Shown in pieces: positions 1-14,543 of a DNA stretch of 64,000 nucleotides. Position numbers and translations under genes: made by a program. The first letter of the stretch is position 1. Each line of letters starts with the position of its first letter. The stretch comes from Eimeria praecox. Lineage: Eukaryota. The notes below the pieces were generated by a model. The model was not told the origin of the DNA. It searched no databases and saw nothing but the letters and a program-made list of their open reading frames with translations. The stretch is from the NCBI GenBank assembly GCA_963920595.1, contig OY986947.1, forward strand, positions 5,208,001 through 5,272,000, read 5' to 3'.

Positions 1-298
1 GAGGGTAGGGTTTATGAGATAGGGGTTAGGGTTTAGGGTTTAGGATTTAGAGGGGGGTTAGGGTTTAGGGTTTAGGATTTAGAGGGGGGTTAGGGTTTAG
101 GGTTTAGGATTTAGAGGGGGGTTAGGGTTTAGGGTTTAGGGGTTATGGAGCAGCGGTTACGAATTAGGGTTTAGGGTTTGTTGCTTAGGGTTTATTCTTT
201 AGGGTTTAGGGTTTGTTCTTTAGGGTTTAGGGTTTATTGTCTATTGTTTAGGGTTTAGGGTTTGTTGTTTAGGGTTTATTGTCTAGGGTTTAGGGTTT
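1..298 (+). repeat. Interstitial telomere-like (TTTAGGG)n, probably within a PMS2 intron
   Basis: Degenerate TTTAGGG units upstream of the acceptor at 853-854. Confidence 0.85.
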
Positions 299-319
299 AT
301 TGTCTATTGTTTATTGTTT

Positions 320-840
320 ATTGCTTATTATTTATTATTTGTTGTTTATTATTTATTATTTATTATTTATTATTTATTATTTATTATTTATTATTTATTA
401 TTTATTATTTATTATTTATTATTTATTATTTATTATTTATCATTTATTATTTATTATTTATCATTTATTATTTATTATTTATTATTTATTATTAATTATT
501 TATTATTTATTATTTATTATTTATTATTTATCATTTATTATTTATTATTTATTATTTATTATTTATTATGTATAATTAATTATGTATTATTAATAATAAT
601 AAATAATAAATAATAAATAATAAATAATAAATAATAAATAATAAACAACAAATAATAAATAATAAATAATAAATAATAAATAATAAATAATAAATAATAA
701 ATAATAAATAATAAATAATAAATAATAAATAATAAATAATAAATAATAAATAATAAATAATAAATAATAAATAATAAATAATAAATAATAAATAATAAAT
801 AATAAATAATAAATAATAAATAATAAATAATAAATAATTA
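320..840. repeat. Inverted pair of heptamer arrays: (TTTATTA)n then (TAATAAA)n
   Basis: Read directly; the strand switch occurs at about 570-595. Confidence 0.9.
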
Positions 841-854
841 ATTATTATTTTCAG

Positions 855-1367
855 AGGGAGTCGTACTACGTTTCTAGCAACTAAAGGTACAAGCTCAACA
901 TTATTAGAAGCAGCTTTGAGTGTATACGGAGCAAAACAATTGGCTGCATGCGCCGAGTTAACATTATCTGGGGGAGACACAGGAAGTGAGTGGAGGTAAG
1001 TAGAAACAAGTGTGCTGCTGCTGCTGCTGCTGCTGCTGTTGCTGTTGCTGCTGCTGCTGCTAGTGGTGGTGGTGCTGCTGCTGCTGCTAGTGGTGGTGGT
1101 GCTGCTGCTAGTGGTGGTGGTGGTGCTGCTGCTGCTGCTAGTGGCGGGGGTGTTGCTGCTGCTGCTGCTAGTGCTGGTGGTGGTGTTGCTGCTGCTGTTG
1201 CTGCTGCTGCTGTTGTTGCTGCTGCTGCTGCAGTTGTTGCTGTTTGTTAGTTTGCTGCTGCATGTTTGCTGCTGGATCGTCCGTCTAACTTGTCTACTTA
1301 TTTTTATGTTTCTTTGTTTTTCTCTGCTGTCTTATCTTTATCTTCTCTCTATTTAAAACATTAAATA

Positions 1368-1451
<84 letters not shown>

Positions 1452-1489
1452 TATATATGTATATGTGTATATATATATGTATATGTATA

Positions 1490-1571
<82 letters not shown>

Positions 1572-2111
1572 TTTTTTTCTTACAATTGGGGTGTACATAC
1601 ACCTGAACTGCATGCGATGAGGACACACTGCATGCAGATTAGAGGCTGTTATCTCTCGCCCTCCTCATGGCATTCGCTCAACATCTATGCAGCAGTTCTT
1701 TGTTAAGAGAAGAACTGTTGATTTCCCTCCCCTTCTTCAAAAACTTCTTAACAAGTAAACCCTAAACCCTAAACCCTAAACCCTAAACCCTAAACCCTAA
1801 ACCCTAAACCCTACAAAGGCCTTCTTCCTAAACCCTTTTTCTGTGTCAGAGGGAGCAAATTTAAAGAAAGAATTCAATGCAGAAAACCCAGAAACAACAA
1901 CAACCTTGTTTAGGGTCTAGGGTTTAGGGGTTAGGGTTTAGGGTTTAGGGTTTAGGGTTTAGGGTTTAGGGTTTAGGGTTTAGGGTTTAGGGTTTAGGGT
2001 TTTGTTTAGGAAGTGGAAGGAGGTTAGTAGTCGAGGTTTGTTTCCTGTATTTCTTGGGTTTCTAGAATTAGATGCTTCTTTGGTAGATGTTAATATAAGG
2101 TGAGCTGCTGC

Positions 2112-2178
<67 letters not shown>

Positions 2179-2192
2179 ATACACAGCAGCAA

Positions 2193-2227
<35 letters not shown>

Positions 2228-2318
2228 GCAAAAGCAGAAACACATGCACCAGCGAAAGCATCATCAGCAGCACAATCATCAACATCAGTAGCAGCTGCTC
2301 TAGCAGCAGCAGCAACAA

Positions 2319-2368
<50 letters not shown>

Positions 2369-2614
2369 GCAGCAACAGATAAGACCTGTATGTGTTTGTT
2401 CAGAAAAGATAAACAAGAAGTTTTCATAGCCGTAGAGAAAGATATAGCTCAGGCGCTACTTGTAAGGAAAGCCTCAGGTGTCTGTACACCTCATGTTATG
2501 GAGATGCAGCAACAAACCCTCCCTTACGCTGCATTCGTTAATTAATTAATTAATTAATTAATTAATTAATTAATTAATTAATTGGTTAACTAAATTAATT
2601 AATTAATTTAGTTA

Positions 2615-2705
<91 letters not shown>

Positions 2706-2839
2706 GTGTTGCTGTACAGGAGGCAATAGGCAAAGTGTTGGCTCCGTCTGTTAGTTCTCTCGGCTTCGAGAGCTCGCAGCAGCAGCAGCAGCAGCAGCAG
2801 CATCTAATGCTTCAGTATACACAGCAGCCGGCGTCTCAG

Positions 2840-2880
<41 letters not shown>

Positions 2881-2970
2881 GCAGGGGAGTGAGGAGGAGC
2901 CCGCGAGCCAACAGCTTCTATCTGATCCTGAGATGCTAGCAGAATCCTCGCAGGGTAGCGTGACTTACAC

Positions 2971-3001
<31 letters not shown>

Positions 3002-3193
3002 CAGCAGGAGCAGCAGCAGCAGCAGCAGCGGGAGGAGGAGGAGGAGCAGCAGCAGCAGGAGCAGCAGCAGCAGCAGCAGGAGCAGCAGCAGCAGCAGCAG
3101 GAGCAGCAGCAGCAGCAGCAGGAGCAGCAGCAGCAGCAGCAGGAGCAGCAGCAGCAGCAGCAGGAGCAGCAGCAGCAGCAGGAGGAGTCAGAG

Positions 3194-3230
<37 letters not shown>

Positions 3231-3323
3231 AAGATGCAAGCCCTCAAACACCATCCGACTCCGCTGTCTCATCCAAACCTGATCATCATGCATGCGAACA
3301 AACAACAGCAGCAGCAGCAGCAG

Positions 3324-3361
<38 letters not shown>

Positions 3362-3705
3362 CAGCGTGGGGTCTGTCTGCCTCTAGGCCAGGGTATACGC
3401 GCGCGACAGCCTCTGATGCCTCGACGTCAACGTGAAGTGTTTGTTGCTGCTTCTGTTGGAGGCGATTGTTTAAATCAAGCTGTACATACACCTCAGTCTT
3501 TAGTTTCTGTGGAGGAAGAGAATACGAGACGGCAGCTGCAGCAGCAGCAGCAAGAGCAGCAGCAGCAGCAGCAAGAGCAGCAGCAGCAGCAGCAGCAGCA
3601 GGAGCAGCAGGTAGATAGCAGCAAGAAGAAGGAGACAACGTTTCATAGAAGTAATAGCATGCATTCACGAGACAGCGATTTAATCTCTGACTCCAGCCCC
3701 ACCGA

Positions 3706-3754
<49 letters not shown>

Positions 3755-3916
3755 GCTGCTGCTGCTGGTGCAGAGAGTAGCTGCCGAGCAGCAGCAGCAG
3801 CTGATGCTGAAGCAGCAGCAGATGAGATTGTAGAAGATGTTTTAAAAACAGCAGTAGGCGAATGGATAGGGGACTGGAGACAGTGTGGGGTGTATGAGGG
3901 GGGGCTGCATGCAGAA

Positions 3917-3951
<35 letters not shown>

Positions 3952-4311
3952 AGTTGAGGAGGAAGAAACAACAACAACACAGCAGCAGACAGGTGGTACG
4001 GGTGAGTTGCTGCTGCAGTCAGGAGACGGTTTGAGTTTATCTCTGTTATCATCAGAGACAGGAGGAGACAGGAACAGTAATCCTTCTTTCTTTGTTTTTA
4101 CAAAAGATTTATTTGATAAGCTTTCTCTTGTAGGGCAGTTCAATCGAGGGTTTATTATTGTTGCTCTACGTAGAAAATATAAATATAATATTGATGACAC
4201 ATACAGCAGCAGCAACAACAGCAGCAAGAACAGCAACAACTGCAGCACCAACTGCAGCAGCAACAACAACAACAGCAGCACCTGGATCAGCAACAACAAC
4301 AACAGCACCAA

Positions 4312-4355
<44 letters not shown>

Positions 4356-4753
4356 CCTCCATCAGCAACAACAGCAACAGCACCAACAGCAGCAGCAGCA
4401 ACAGCAACAGCAGCAGCAGCAACAGCAGCAGCAGCAACAGGAGGATGAGGTGTATGACGTTAACAAGTTTATTTATAGTCGATCAACATGCAAGCGACGA
4501 GAAGAAAACATTTGAATATATAAATAAACATTTCAAACCCCGCACGCAGCCTCTGATCTATCCCATCAAATTAAATCTTCCTTCGGATTTAGTTGCTGCT
4601 ATAGATATATACACCCCACATATTTATATAAATGGTTTTACTTTTCTATGGAAGACACAAACATATCCTAATAAAATATTATTTAATACACAACAAAAGG
4701 CGATATGTGCTGCTGTACAACAGCAGCAGCAGCAGCAACAGCAACAGCAGCAA

Positions 4754-4785
<32 letters not shown>

Positions 4786-5183
4786 GCAGAAAGGGGAGAC
4801 AGAAGCAGATAGAGGTGAAGCTGCTGCTGCAGCACAAGAAGAGACAGAAACGAAAGTTTGGGACTTAGACGAAAAAGAAGAAAAAGAAGAAGAAGAACAG
4901 AAAACAGCAGCAACAAAAACAGCAACATCATCAACATCAGCAGCAACAGCAGCAGCAACAGCAGCAGCAGCAGCAGCAGCAGTAGAAGAAGAAGAAGGAG
5001 AAGAAGAAGAAGAGAGAGAGTGTTATCTAACAGGTCTGCCCGTAATCGAAGGCAGACAACTTACTGCTTCTGACTTTCTTGATTTTCTCTCCGCCTTAGC
5101 GAATGACGATCATAGTAAAGCAATATGGAAGGGGGCTACCACACCTACCACTAGGGCTTTGAACAGCAGCAGCAACAGCAGCA

Positions 5184-5241
<58 letters not shown>

Positions 5242-5369
5242 TAGTAGTAGGAGTGGTAGCAGCAGCAAGAACGACAGCAGCAGCATCCAAACTGCAGCAG
5301 CAACACCATCAACAGCAACAACACCACCAACCCCACCACCACCACCACCACCACCACCAACAACAACAA

Positions 5370-5416
<47 letters not shown>

Positions 5417-5748
5417 CATGATCCTATGCTGCTGTACAGACCCGCGCGAGTATGGCATATCCTAGCAAACAAAGCATGCAGAAGCTCAATTATGATTGGC
5501 GAATGTCTCTCACTACAAAAACAAAAAAATATAATTAATAACATGAAGAAATTACTAATGCCATTTAACTGCCCTCATGGTAGACCTACGATGAAACATC
5601 TTGTTGATATATATCCTCCTCCTCCTCCTCCTGCTGCTGCTGCTCCTGCTCCTGCTGCTGCTGCTGCTGGTGGTGGTGGTGGGGGTGGTGGTGGTGGTGG
5701 GGGTGGTGGTGGTGTTGCTCCTGAGACAGCAGATACAGCTCTGGAAAG

Positions 5749-5782
<34 letters not shown>

Positions 5783-5854
5783 GAAATACAGCAACGCAGA
5801 GAATGCTCCTCTGTTCATATGCTGTCATGGCAGCAGCAACAGCAACAGCAGCAA

Positions 5855-5889
<35 letters not shown>

Positions 5890-6026
5890 GCAGCAGCAAG
5901 AGGAGGATATGGAGGCAGAGGACTCCTTGCTGCGAAAACGCCGCTACAGTGAAGCAGCAGCAGACACACCAAACAGCAGCAGCAGCAGCAGCAGCAGTGA
6001 ATACAGAGACAGCAAAGAGGAAGCAG

Positions 6027-6062
<36 letters not shown>

Positions 6063-6568
6063 AGCAGCAGCAGCAGCAAGAAGGCGTAAGCAGAAAGAGA
6101 ACGTATGATCGGCTGTCTCGCTATGATAGACAGAATAATAAAATACGGATAGCTGCCTATACACCTCAGAACTGTGTAGATATTTCAGGTGTACATGCAG
6201 CTCTAAAACACAACAACTCTGCTGCTGCTTCGGATTCTGCTGTTACTGCTGCTGCTGCTGCTGCTGCTCAGAGCAGCAGCAGCAGCAGCAGCAGCTCGTC
6301 GTCAGCACCGCCGCTGCCGTCTCCTGAAGCAGAGACATTCGAATTATTCTTAGAGGATGAGGGTATGGAGGAAGACGATGCTGCTGCTGCTGCTGCAGCA
6401 GCAGCAGCAGCAGCAGCAGATGCAGAGGCAGCAGCAGCAGCAGCAGATGCAGAAGCAGCAGATGCAGCAGCAGCAGCAGCAGCAGATCTAGATACAGAAG
6501 AAAAACCATTGCAGCAGATAGGTGAAGATCTCAGTATCCCTGGCCTCAGCATCACATTCTTAGGATAG
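855..6568 (+). CDS. PMS2: DNA mismatch-repair MutL homologue PMS2 (yeast PMS1), 5'-partial. Exons 855-995, 1638-1754, 2010-2099, 2404-2461, 2720-6568
   Basis: GT-AG exons join in phase. They give transducer-domain-like peptides ([43 protein letters not shown]) and the C-terminal endonuclease motifs [20 protein letters not shown] (DQHA-x2-E-x4-E, 4481-4516), [15 protein letters not shown] and CPHGRP (5570-5587). The N-terminal ATPase exons are not in the window. Confidence 0.95.
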
Positions 6569-6582
6569 CTGCAGCAGCAGCA

Positions 6583-6617
<35 letters not shown>

Positions 6618-6659
6618 TGCTGGTAGTGCAGACAGTGGCAGTGGCAGTGGCTGCTGCTG

Positions 6660-6691
<32 letters not shown>

Positions 6692-7517
6692 CAATCTGCT
6701 GCTGTCTGTATGTTGTTTTTTTTATTTATTTTCTTTCGCCTTAACTCTGTAAAACACTCTTTATATATATTTTCAAATATATATAAAAACAATTAACAAA
6801 TATAATAAATAAATAATAATAAATAATAATAATAAACAATATATAAGTAGGAATAAATAATAATAAATAATAAATAATAAATAATAAATAATAAATAATA
6901 AATAATAAATAATAAATAATAAATAATAAATAATAAATAATAAATAATGAATAATAAATAATAAATAATAAATAATAAATAATAAATAATAAATAATAAA
7001 TAATGAATAATAATAAATTATGATAAATAATAAAATAATAATAAATAACAAATAAATAGTAATAAATAATAATAAATAATAATAAATTATAATAAATTAC
7101 AATAAATTATAATTTATTATAATAAATTATAATAAATTATAATAAATTATAATAAATAAATAATAATACACAAATATTAATACGTATACAGACAGTAAAC
7201 AGCTTGCATGCATCGCTAGTTTGCGGTGTACGTACACCACAGATCTGAGGCGTAGATATTAATATTAAAAGTAAATATATAAAAACAAATATAACACAAA
7301 ATAAATAAAATAAATAAAATAAAATAAATAAAATAAAATAAAGAAAATAAATAAAGAAAAAAAACTTAGATTAGACTACTAATAATAAGTTAAACGCATG
7401 CAGCCCCTCTTCCTGCTGCTGCTGTTGCTGCTGCAGCAGCAACAGCAGTAGCAACAGCAGCAGCAGCAACAGCAGCAGGAACAGCAGTAGCAACAGCAGC
7501 AGCAGCAACACCAGCAG

Positions 7518-7554
<37 letters not shown>

Positions 7555-7783
7555 AGCAGCAGCAACAGCAGCAGCAACAGCAGCAGCAGAACCCCTTCCT
7601 CAAATTGTAAGATTGCATGCATGCATGGCTATCTGCTATTTTTATATTTTAAATTAATTTTCTTTGTTTTGTTTTTGTATTTGTTTGTATTTGTATATCA
7701 AAATAAGTTTGTTTTAAATACTATGAGCAGAAACACAAATCCTAAATAAACAAGAAACAGGAGAAGCCAATATTCTCCCCGTC

Positions 7784-7821
<38 letters not shown>

Positions 7822-8239
7822 AGTGCATGCAGCAGCATTAGCAGCAGCTGGTGCTGCTGCGGCGGCAGTAGCAGCAGCTGCATCAGCTGCACTAGCAGCA
7901 GGTGCTGCAGCAGGAGTAGTAGATACACCTGCAGCAGCTACAGCAGCAGCAGCTGCAGCAGCAGCTGCAGCAGCAGCTGCAGCAGCAGCTGCAGCAGCAG
8001 CTGCAGCAGCAGCTGCAGCAGCAGCTGCAGCAGCAGCTGCAACAGCAGCAGCAGCTGCAACAGCAGCAGCAGCTGCAACAGCAGCTAGAGCAGCACCAGC
8101 TTCCGCAACCTCAGCTCGTTGACAATATATTAATGTTTTCTATTTTGTTTATTTATTTATAATTAAAATTAAATAATAAAATAAAATATAATAAATATAA
8201 AACAAAACAAAATAACAATTATTTTGATATTTCGCCTTT

Positions 8240-8314
8240 TTACGATTTCTTGCTATCAGGCGATGACGATGAGTGCCGACGTTTTCGCTTACCTGCAAAA
8301 ATAAATAAATAAAA

Positions 8315-8377
<63 letters not shown>

Positions 8378-8390
8378 ATATATATATATA

Positions 8391-8445
<55 letters not shown>

Positions 8446-8450
8446 ATATA

Positions 8451-8505
<55 letters not shown>

Positions 8506-8842
8506 ATATAAATATAAATAAATACATAAAATATAAATATAAATAAATAAATATAAATATAAATATAAATATAAATATAAATATAAATATAAATATAAAT
8601 ATAGGTATAAATATAAATAATATAAATATAAAATATAAATATAAATATAAATAAATAAAATATAAATATAAACAAATAAATATAAATATAAATAAATAAA
8701 TATAAATATAAATAAATAAATATAAATATAAATAAATAAATATAAATATAAATAAATATAAATATAAATATAGATATAAATAAATATATCTTACTCTTAG
8801 AGCTCTTCCTATCGCTTTTGTGCGATTTGTCTTTGCTGCTTC

Positions 8843-8895
<53 letters not shown>

Positions 8896-9080
8896 GAGGA
8901 AGATGATGAGGCTGCTGCTGCTGTTGCTTTAAGCTGTGCTTGTTGCTGCTGCTGCTGCAGCAGCAGAGATAGCTCTCTTTCTTTCTTCTTTCTCTGTATT
9001 TGTTTTTCGAGTTCTTGGCTGTGTTTGAGTTGCTGCTGCATCAGAGCAGCTCTACGTTTCTGCTGCTCCAGCAGCAGCAA

Positions 9081-9114
<34 letters not shown>

Positions 9115-9556
9115 GACATGCTGCGAGTAATATCTAAAGGTCTTCCAAGATTTGCTGCTGCTGCTGCTGCAGCAGCAGCAGCAGCAGATCCTCTGCTGCC
9201 AGCAGCAGCAGCAGCAACAGCAGCAGAATGCCCTAAAGCAGCATTTGCAGCAGCAGCAGCACTGGCGACAGCATTTCTTGCTGCTGCTAACCCCACACCA
9301 ACCTTCCCTGTAACAGCAGCAGCAGCAGCAGCAGCAGTTTTTGTCTTTCTTATAATTGTTGCTGCTCCTCCTGTTCCTGCTGCAGCAGCAACATGTACGT
9401 CAGGTGACATACAACGTCGAGACGGCGAAGGCGTTCGATTCCCATCAACCTTCGATTCTGTTGATTTACTCTTATTCGATGGTGTCTGACAACAGCAGCA
9501 GCAGCAGCAGCAGCACCAAAAGAAACAGCAGCAGCAGCAGCAGCAGCAGCAAAAGA

Positions 9557-9587
<31 letters not shown>

Positions 9588-10086
9588 AAAGACACAGCAA
9601 CAAAAACAGAAAGATTAGAAGAAGATAATCTAATCAACAGTATTTATATATTTATATATTTATATATAATGTTTATATTATATATATATATATATATATA
9701 ATATAGGGAGACAGATACAGCTAGCTGTTCTATCTCTCTGTGTAGCTAGCTAGCTAGCTAGCTAGCTACATTGATGTACATACACCTAAGACCCTCTGCT
9801 CAGCATGCAGCAGCAACAACCACCAAAACATACTGCTGCTGCTGCTGCTGCTGCTACCACTGCTGCTGCAGCAGCTCTTGCTGCTGCAGCAGCAGCAACA
9901 GCAGCAAAAGAAACAGCAGCATCAGCAGCAGCACCACCGCCACCACCAACACCACCAGCAGCAACACCACCACCACCATCAACAGCAGCAGCAACAGCAG
10001 CAGCAGCACCACCACCACCAGCAGCAGCAGCAACACCACCACCACCACCAACAGCAGCACCACCACCAACAGCAGCAACAGCAGCA

Positions 10087-10117
<31 letters not shown>

Positions 10118-12117
10118 TATCTGTCTCACCTCTTTCCCTTGCATTCTATCTTCAACGATTTGTCTGTACTTCCTCGCATTTTTATTATTTGGCTCCAACG
10201 CCAACGCCGCATCTAAGTCTGCAACAGCCTTCGCGTACTCCAACTAAACAAAAAACAAAAACAAAAACCCTAAACCCTAAACCCTAAACCCTAAACCCTA
10301 GAAACCCTAAACCCTAGAAGCCCTAAAACCCCTAAACCCTAAGAACCCTAAAAACTCTAAACCCTAAAACACTAAAACACTAAAACAATAAAGTAGAGAG
10401 TAGTATAGGGAGAAAAGAAGGAGAGAAAACATAAAACACAAAGTAGCAAAACCTAAACCCTAAACCCTAAACCCTAAAAACCCTAAACCGCCTAAACCCT
10501 AAACCCCCTAAACCCCCTAAACCCCTAATAACCCCTAAACCCCCTAAACCCCTAAACCCCCTAAACCCCTAATAAACCCTAAACCCCCTAAACCCCCTAA
10601 ACCCCTAATAAACCCTAAACCCTAACCCCCCATTTCCCCCCTCTTTTTTCTTTACTTTATTTGCATAAGCAGCTCCTCTCGCAACGAAAGCATCAGCATA
10701 ATCTGTTTTCAATTGAATAGCAGAATTATATAATTGTATTGCATTATCTAACTGCTGTCTCCTTGCATATAAAACCCCCGCCTTCAATCTCCTTCGAGCC
10801 CAATCACATCCTTGCTCGTATGCAAGTAAACGCCCTACCCTACATATATACAATATAGTATTATTTTATTATTATATTAATTTATTATTATAGTATTATA
10901 GGATTATAGTATTATAGTATTATAGTATTATAGTATTATAGTATTATAGTATTATAGTATTATAGTATTATATTATTATATTATTATATTATTAGAGTAT
11001 TATATTATTATATTATTATATTATATTATTATATTATTATATTATATTTGTTTTTTATTTTATTTAATTTGGTTTCGAGGGTATAATATTTAGGGGGAAT
11101 GCAGGGACAGAGTTTTAGTTTGGTTGGGAGAGAGTTTGTTTATTTATATATTTATATATTTATATATTTATATATTTATATATTTATATATTTATATATT
11201 TATATATTTATATATTTATATATTTATATATTTATATATTTATATATTCATATATTTATATATTTATACATTTATATATTTATATATTTATATATTTATA
11301 TATTTATATATTTATTTACTTATAAATTTTTTATATTTATATATTTATATATTTATAAAGTTTTTATATTTATATACTTATATATTTGTATATTTATATA
11401 TTTATATATAAACATATTTATATATTTATATATTTGTATATTTATATATTTATATATTTATATATTTACTTATTTTATATATACATATATATATATATAT
11501 ATACATACATATATAAGCCTTACCCTCCACATCTAGCAGTTCTACTATTAATAGAAGCAATAGCGATCGCAGCAGTATTTGTATATTTATATATTTATAT
11601 ATAAACATATTTATATATTTATATATTTGTATATTTATATATTTATATATTTATATATTTACTTATTTTATATATACATATATATATATATATATATACA
11701 TACATATATAAGCCTTACCCTCCACATCTAGCAGTTCTACTATTAATAGAAGCAATAGCGATCGCAGCAGTATTTGTATATTTATATATTTATATATAAA
11801 CATATTTATATATTTATATATTTGTATATTTATATATTTATATATTTATATATTTACTTATTTTATATATACATATATATATATATATATATACATACAT
11901 ATATAAGCCTTACCCTCCACATCTAGCACTTCTACTATTAATAGAAGCAATAGCGATCGCAGCTCGAATAGATTGAGAGGGAGAAGAAGTATGAAGTAAG
12001 GAGAGAGCAAAGCCTGTTTGATAGTACCGTTTGATATACTCTCTCCACGATTCTGTCTCTGTACAGATCAATTCTCTATTATTATCTTTACCGCTACGAC
12101 TTCTCTTGCTGCTGTTG

Positions 12118-12165
<48 letters not shown>

Positions 12166-12477
12166 TTGTTGTTGTTGTTGTTGTTGGCTTCAAAGAAAGG
12201 CATAACCCCTAATATATGGAGAGCAGAGAAAGCCTGTAGCTGTCTATACACCGCAGAAGAGTTTATAAAAGTATTATTGCTATACGCAATATAACAAAAT
12301 CGTTTTCGAAGCAGGTTACTCCCTCCATCCCAGAAACGTAATCTCCTACTATCTTTATTTATATTTATATTTATATTTATATTATTTATACTTTCTATCT
12401 CCTCAAAATCTTCTTCTTCACACTGTGGATAGGCAGAGTCGTGAGCTAAGATACTCGAAAAACCTAACAAACACAAA

Positions 12478-12552
<75 letters not shown>

Positions 12553-12604
12553 GTATGTATATCTATATCTATAGCCATATCCATATCCATATCTCTCTCT
12601 CTCC

Positions 12605-12658
<54 letters not shown>

Positions 12659-12788
12659 TCTTACCTAGGGGCTGTTGCAGCTTCTGCATTAATTTTCTAT
12701 TATTTCTAAACCATGTTGGTAAAACCAAAGAAGCTTCGACGTGCGCGTGGGCATCATTAAGTGTTGCTTCATCTAGCAGCGCATGCGG

Positions 12789-12839
<51 letters not shown>

Positions 12840-13050
12840 GTGGTAGTGGTGCTGCTGATGATGATGGTGCTGGTGAGGGTAGCGTCCCGCTCCAGCTGCT
12901 GCTGCTGCTGCTGCTGCAGCAGGACTAGCAGCAGCAGCAGCAGCAGCAGCAGGATTTGGAGGATCTCTGACAAGATAAACTCTAACTGCTGTCCCCACAC
13001 TAACAAATCGACCGCAGCAGCCACTTGCCTGGCCCCCGATAAACTGCACA

Positions 13051-13088
<38 letters not shown>

Positions 13089-13098
13089 GCAAGAAATG

Positions 13099-13130
<32 letters not shown>

Positions 13131-13313
13131 AGAAATGCAGCAGCAACAGCAGCAACAGCAGCAGCAAGAAGTGAAGAAACAGCGACAGCAGCAACAACAA
13201 ATGCAGCAGCAGCAACAACAACAAATGTAGTAGCAGCAGCAGCAGCAAGAAGTGCAACAGCAGCACCAGCAAGAACAGCAACAGCAACATACGCAACAGC
13301 AGCAGCAAGAACT

Positions 13314-13360
<47 letters not shown>

Positions 13361-13748
13361 TCGCTGACCTCATATTTAGAAATAGCTGCTAGGGGCAGAG
13401 CAGCATAAACTCCTCCACTCCCCACATCTACTTCTGTTCTTAGAAGTCGTCGTTTAAAGTAATTAGGGGCACACGATGCTGCTGCTGCTGCTGCTGCTGC
13501 TGCTGTATATACACCTGAAGACGTATTTGAATACAAAGGAGTAGTAGTAGGAGGAGGGGGGGGAGGAGCTGCATATACACCTGAACTGTCTGTATACTGA
13601 GAGTAATTCTGTTTAGAATAATCTGCTGTATATACACCTCGAACACCAGCAGCACCAGCAGCAGCAGCAGCAGCATGAGGCTGAGGTGTATAGGCAGCTC
13701 CATGCATTGAAGATGAATAAGGGGTTTGCTGCTGGTAATACCAAGAAA

Positions 13749-13795
<47 letters not shown>

Positions 13796-13867
13796 AGTTG
13801 CTGTTGCTGTTGCATTTGCTGCGATTGTGCGCCTTCAGCGAACCACTCCTGTTGCTGCTGTTCCTGC

Positions 13868-13920
<53 letters not shown>

Positions 13921-14143
13921 TTGCTGTTGTTGTATAGGATCGACAGCAGCCTCAGCCTCAGCTGTATCTGTATCCTGTACATACACCTCAACCCCAACAA
14001 GACGCAGCAGCAGCAGATTATTCTTTCTATCGCATCTAACTACATATCCCCTCGCTACTGCAGCAGGAGAAGACAGAATATCTAAAAATACTCGACGCCC
14101 TCGACGACCTCCTAAGATGCGACGATAAACCTGTATATACACC

Positions 14144-14196
<53 letters not shown>

Positions 14197-14388
14197 TAGC
14201 AGCAGCAGCAACACCAACAGCAGCAACATCAACAACAGCAGCAACACCAACAGCAACACCACAACCATCACCACCACCACCAACAGCAGCAGCAACACCA
14301 ACAACAGCAGCAACACCAACAGCAACACCAACGCCACCAGCAACACCAACAGCAGCAACACCACCACCACCACCACCACCCCCACCAA

Positions 14389-14423
<35 letters not shown>

Positions 14424-14496
14424 CCAACACCACCACCAACAGCAGCAACACCAACAGCAGCAGCAACAGCAGCAACACCACCACCACCCCCACCCC

Positions 14497-14543
<47 letters not shown>

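Noticed and set aside
1..298. Chromosome end suggested by TTTAGGG at the window start
   Set aside because: The orientation is wrong for a left telomere, the units are degenerate, and the PMS2 5' exons must lie further upstream.
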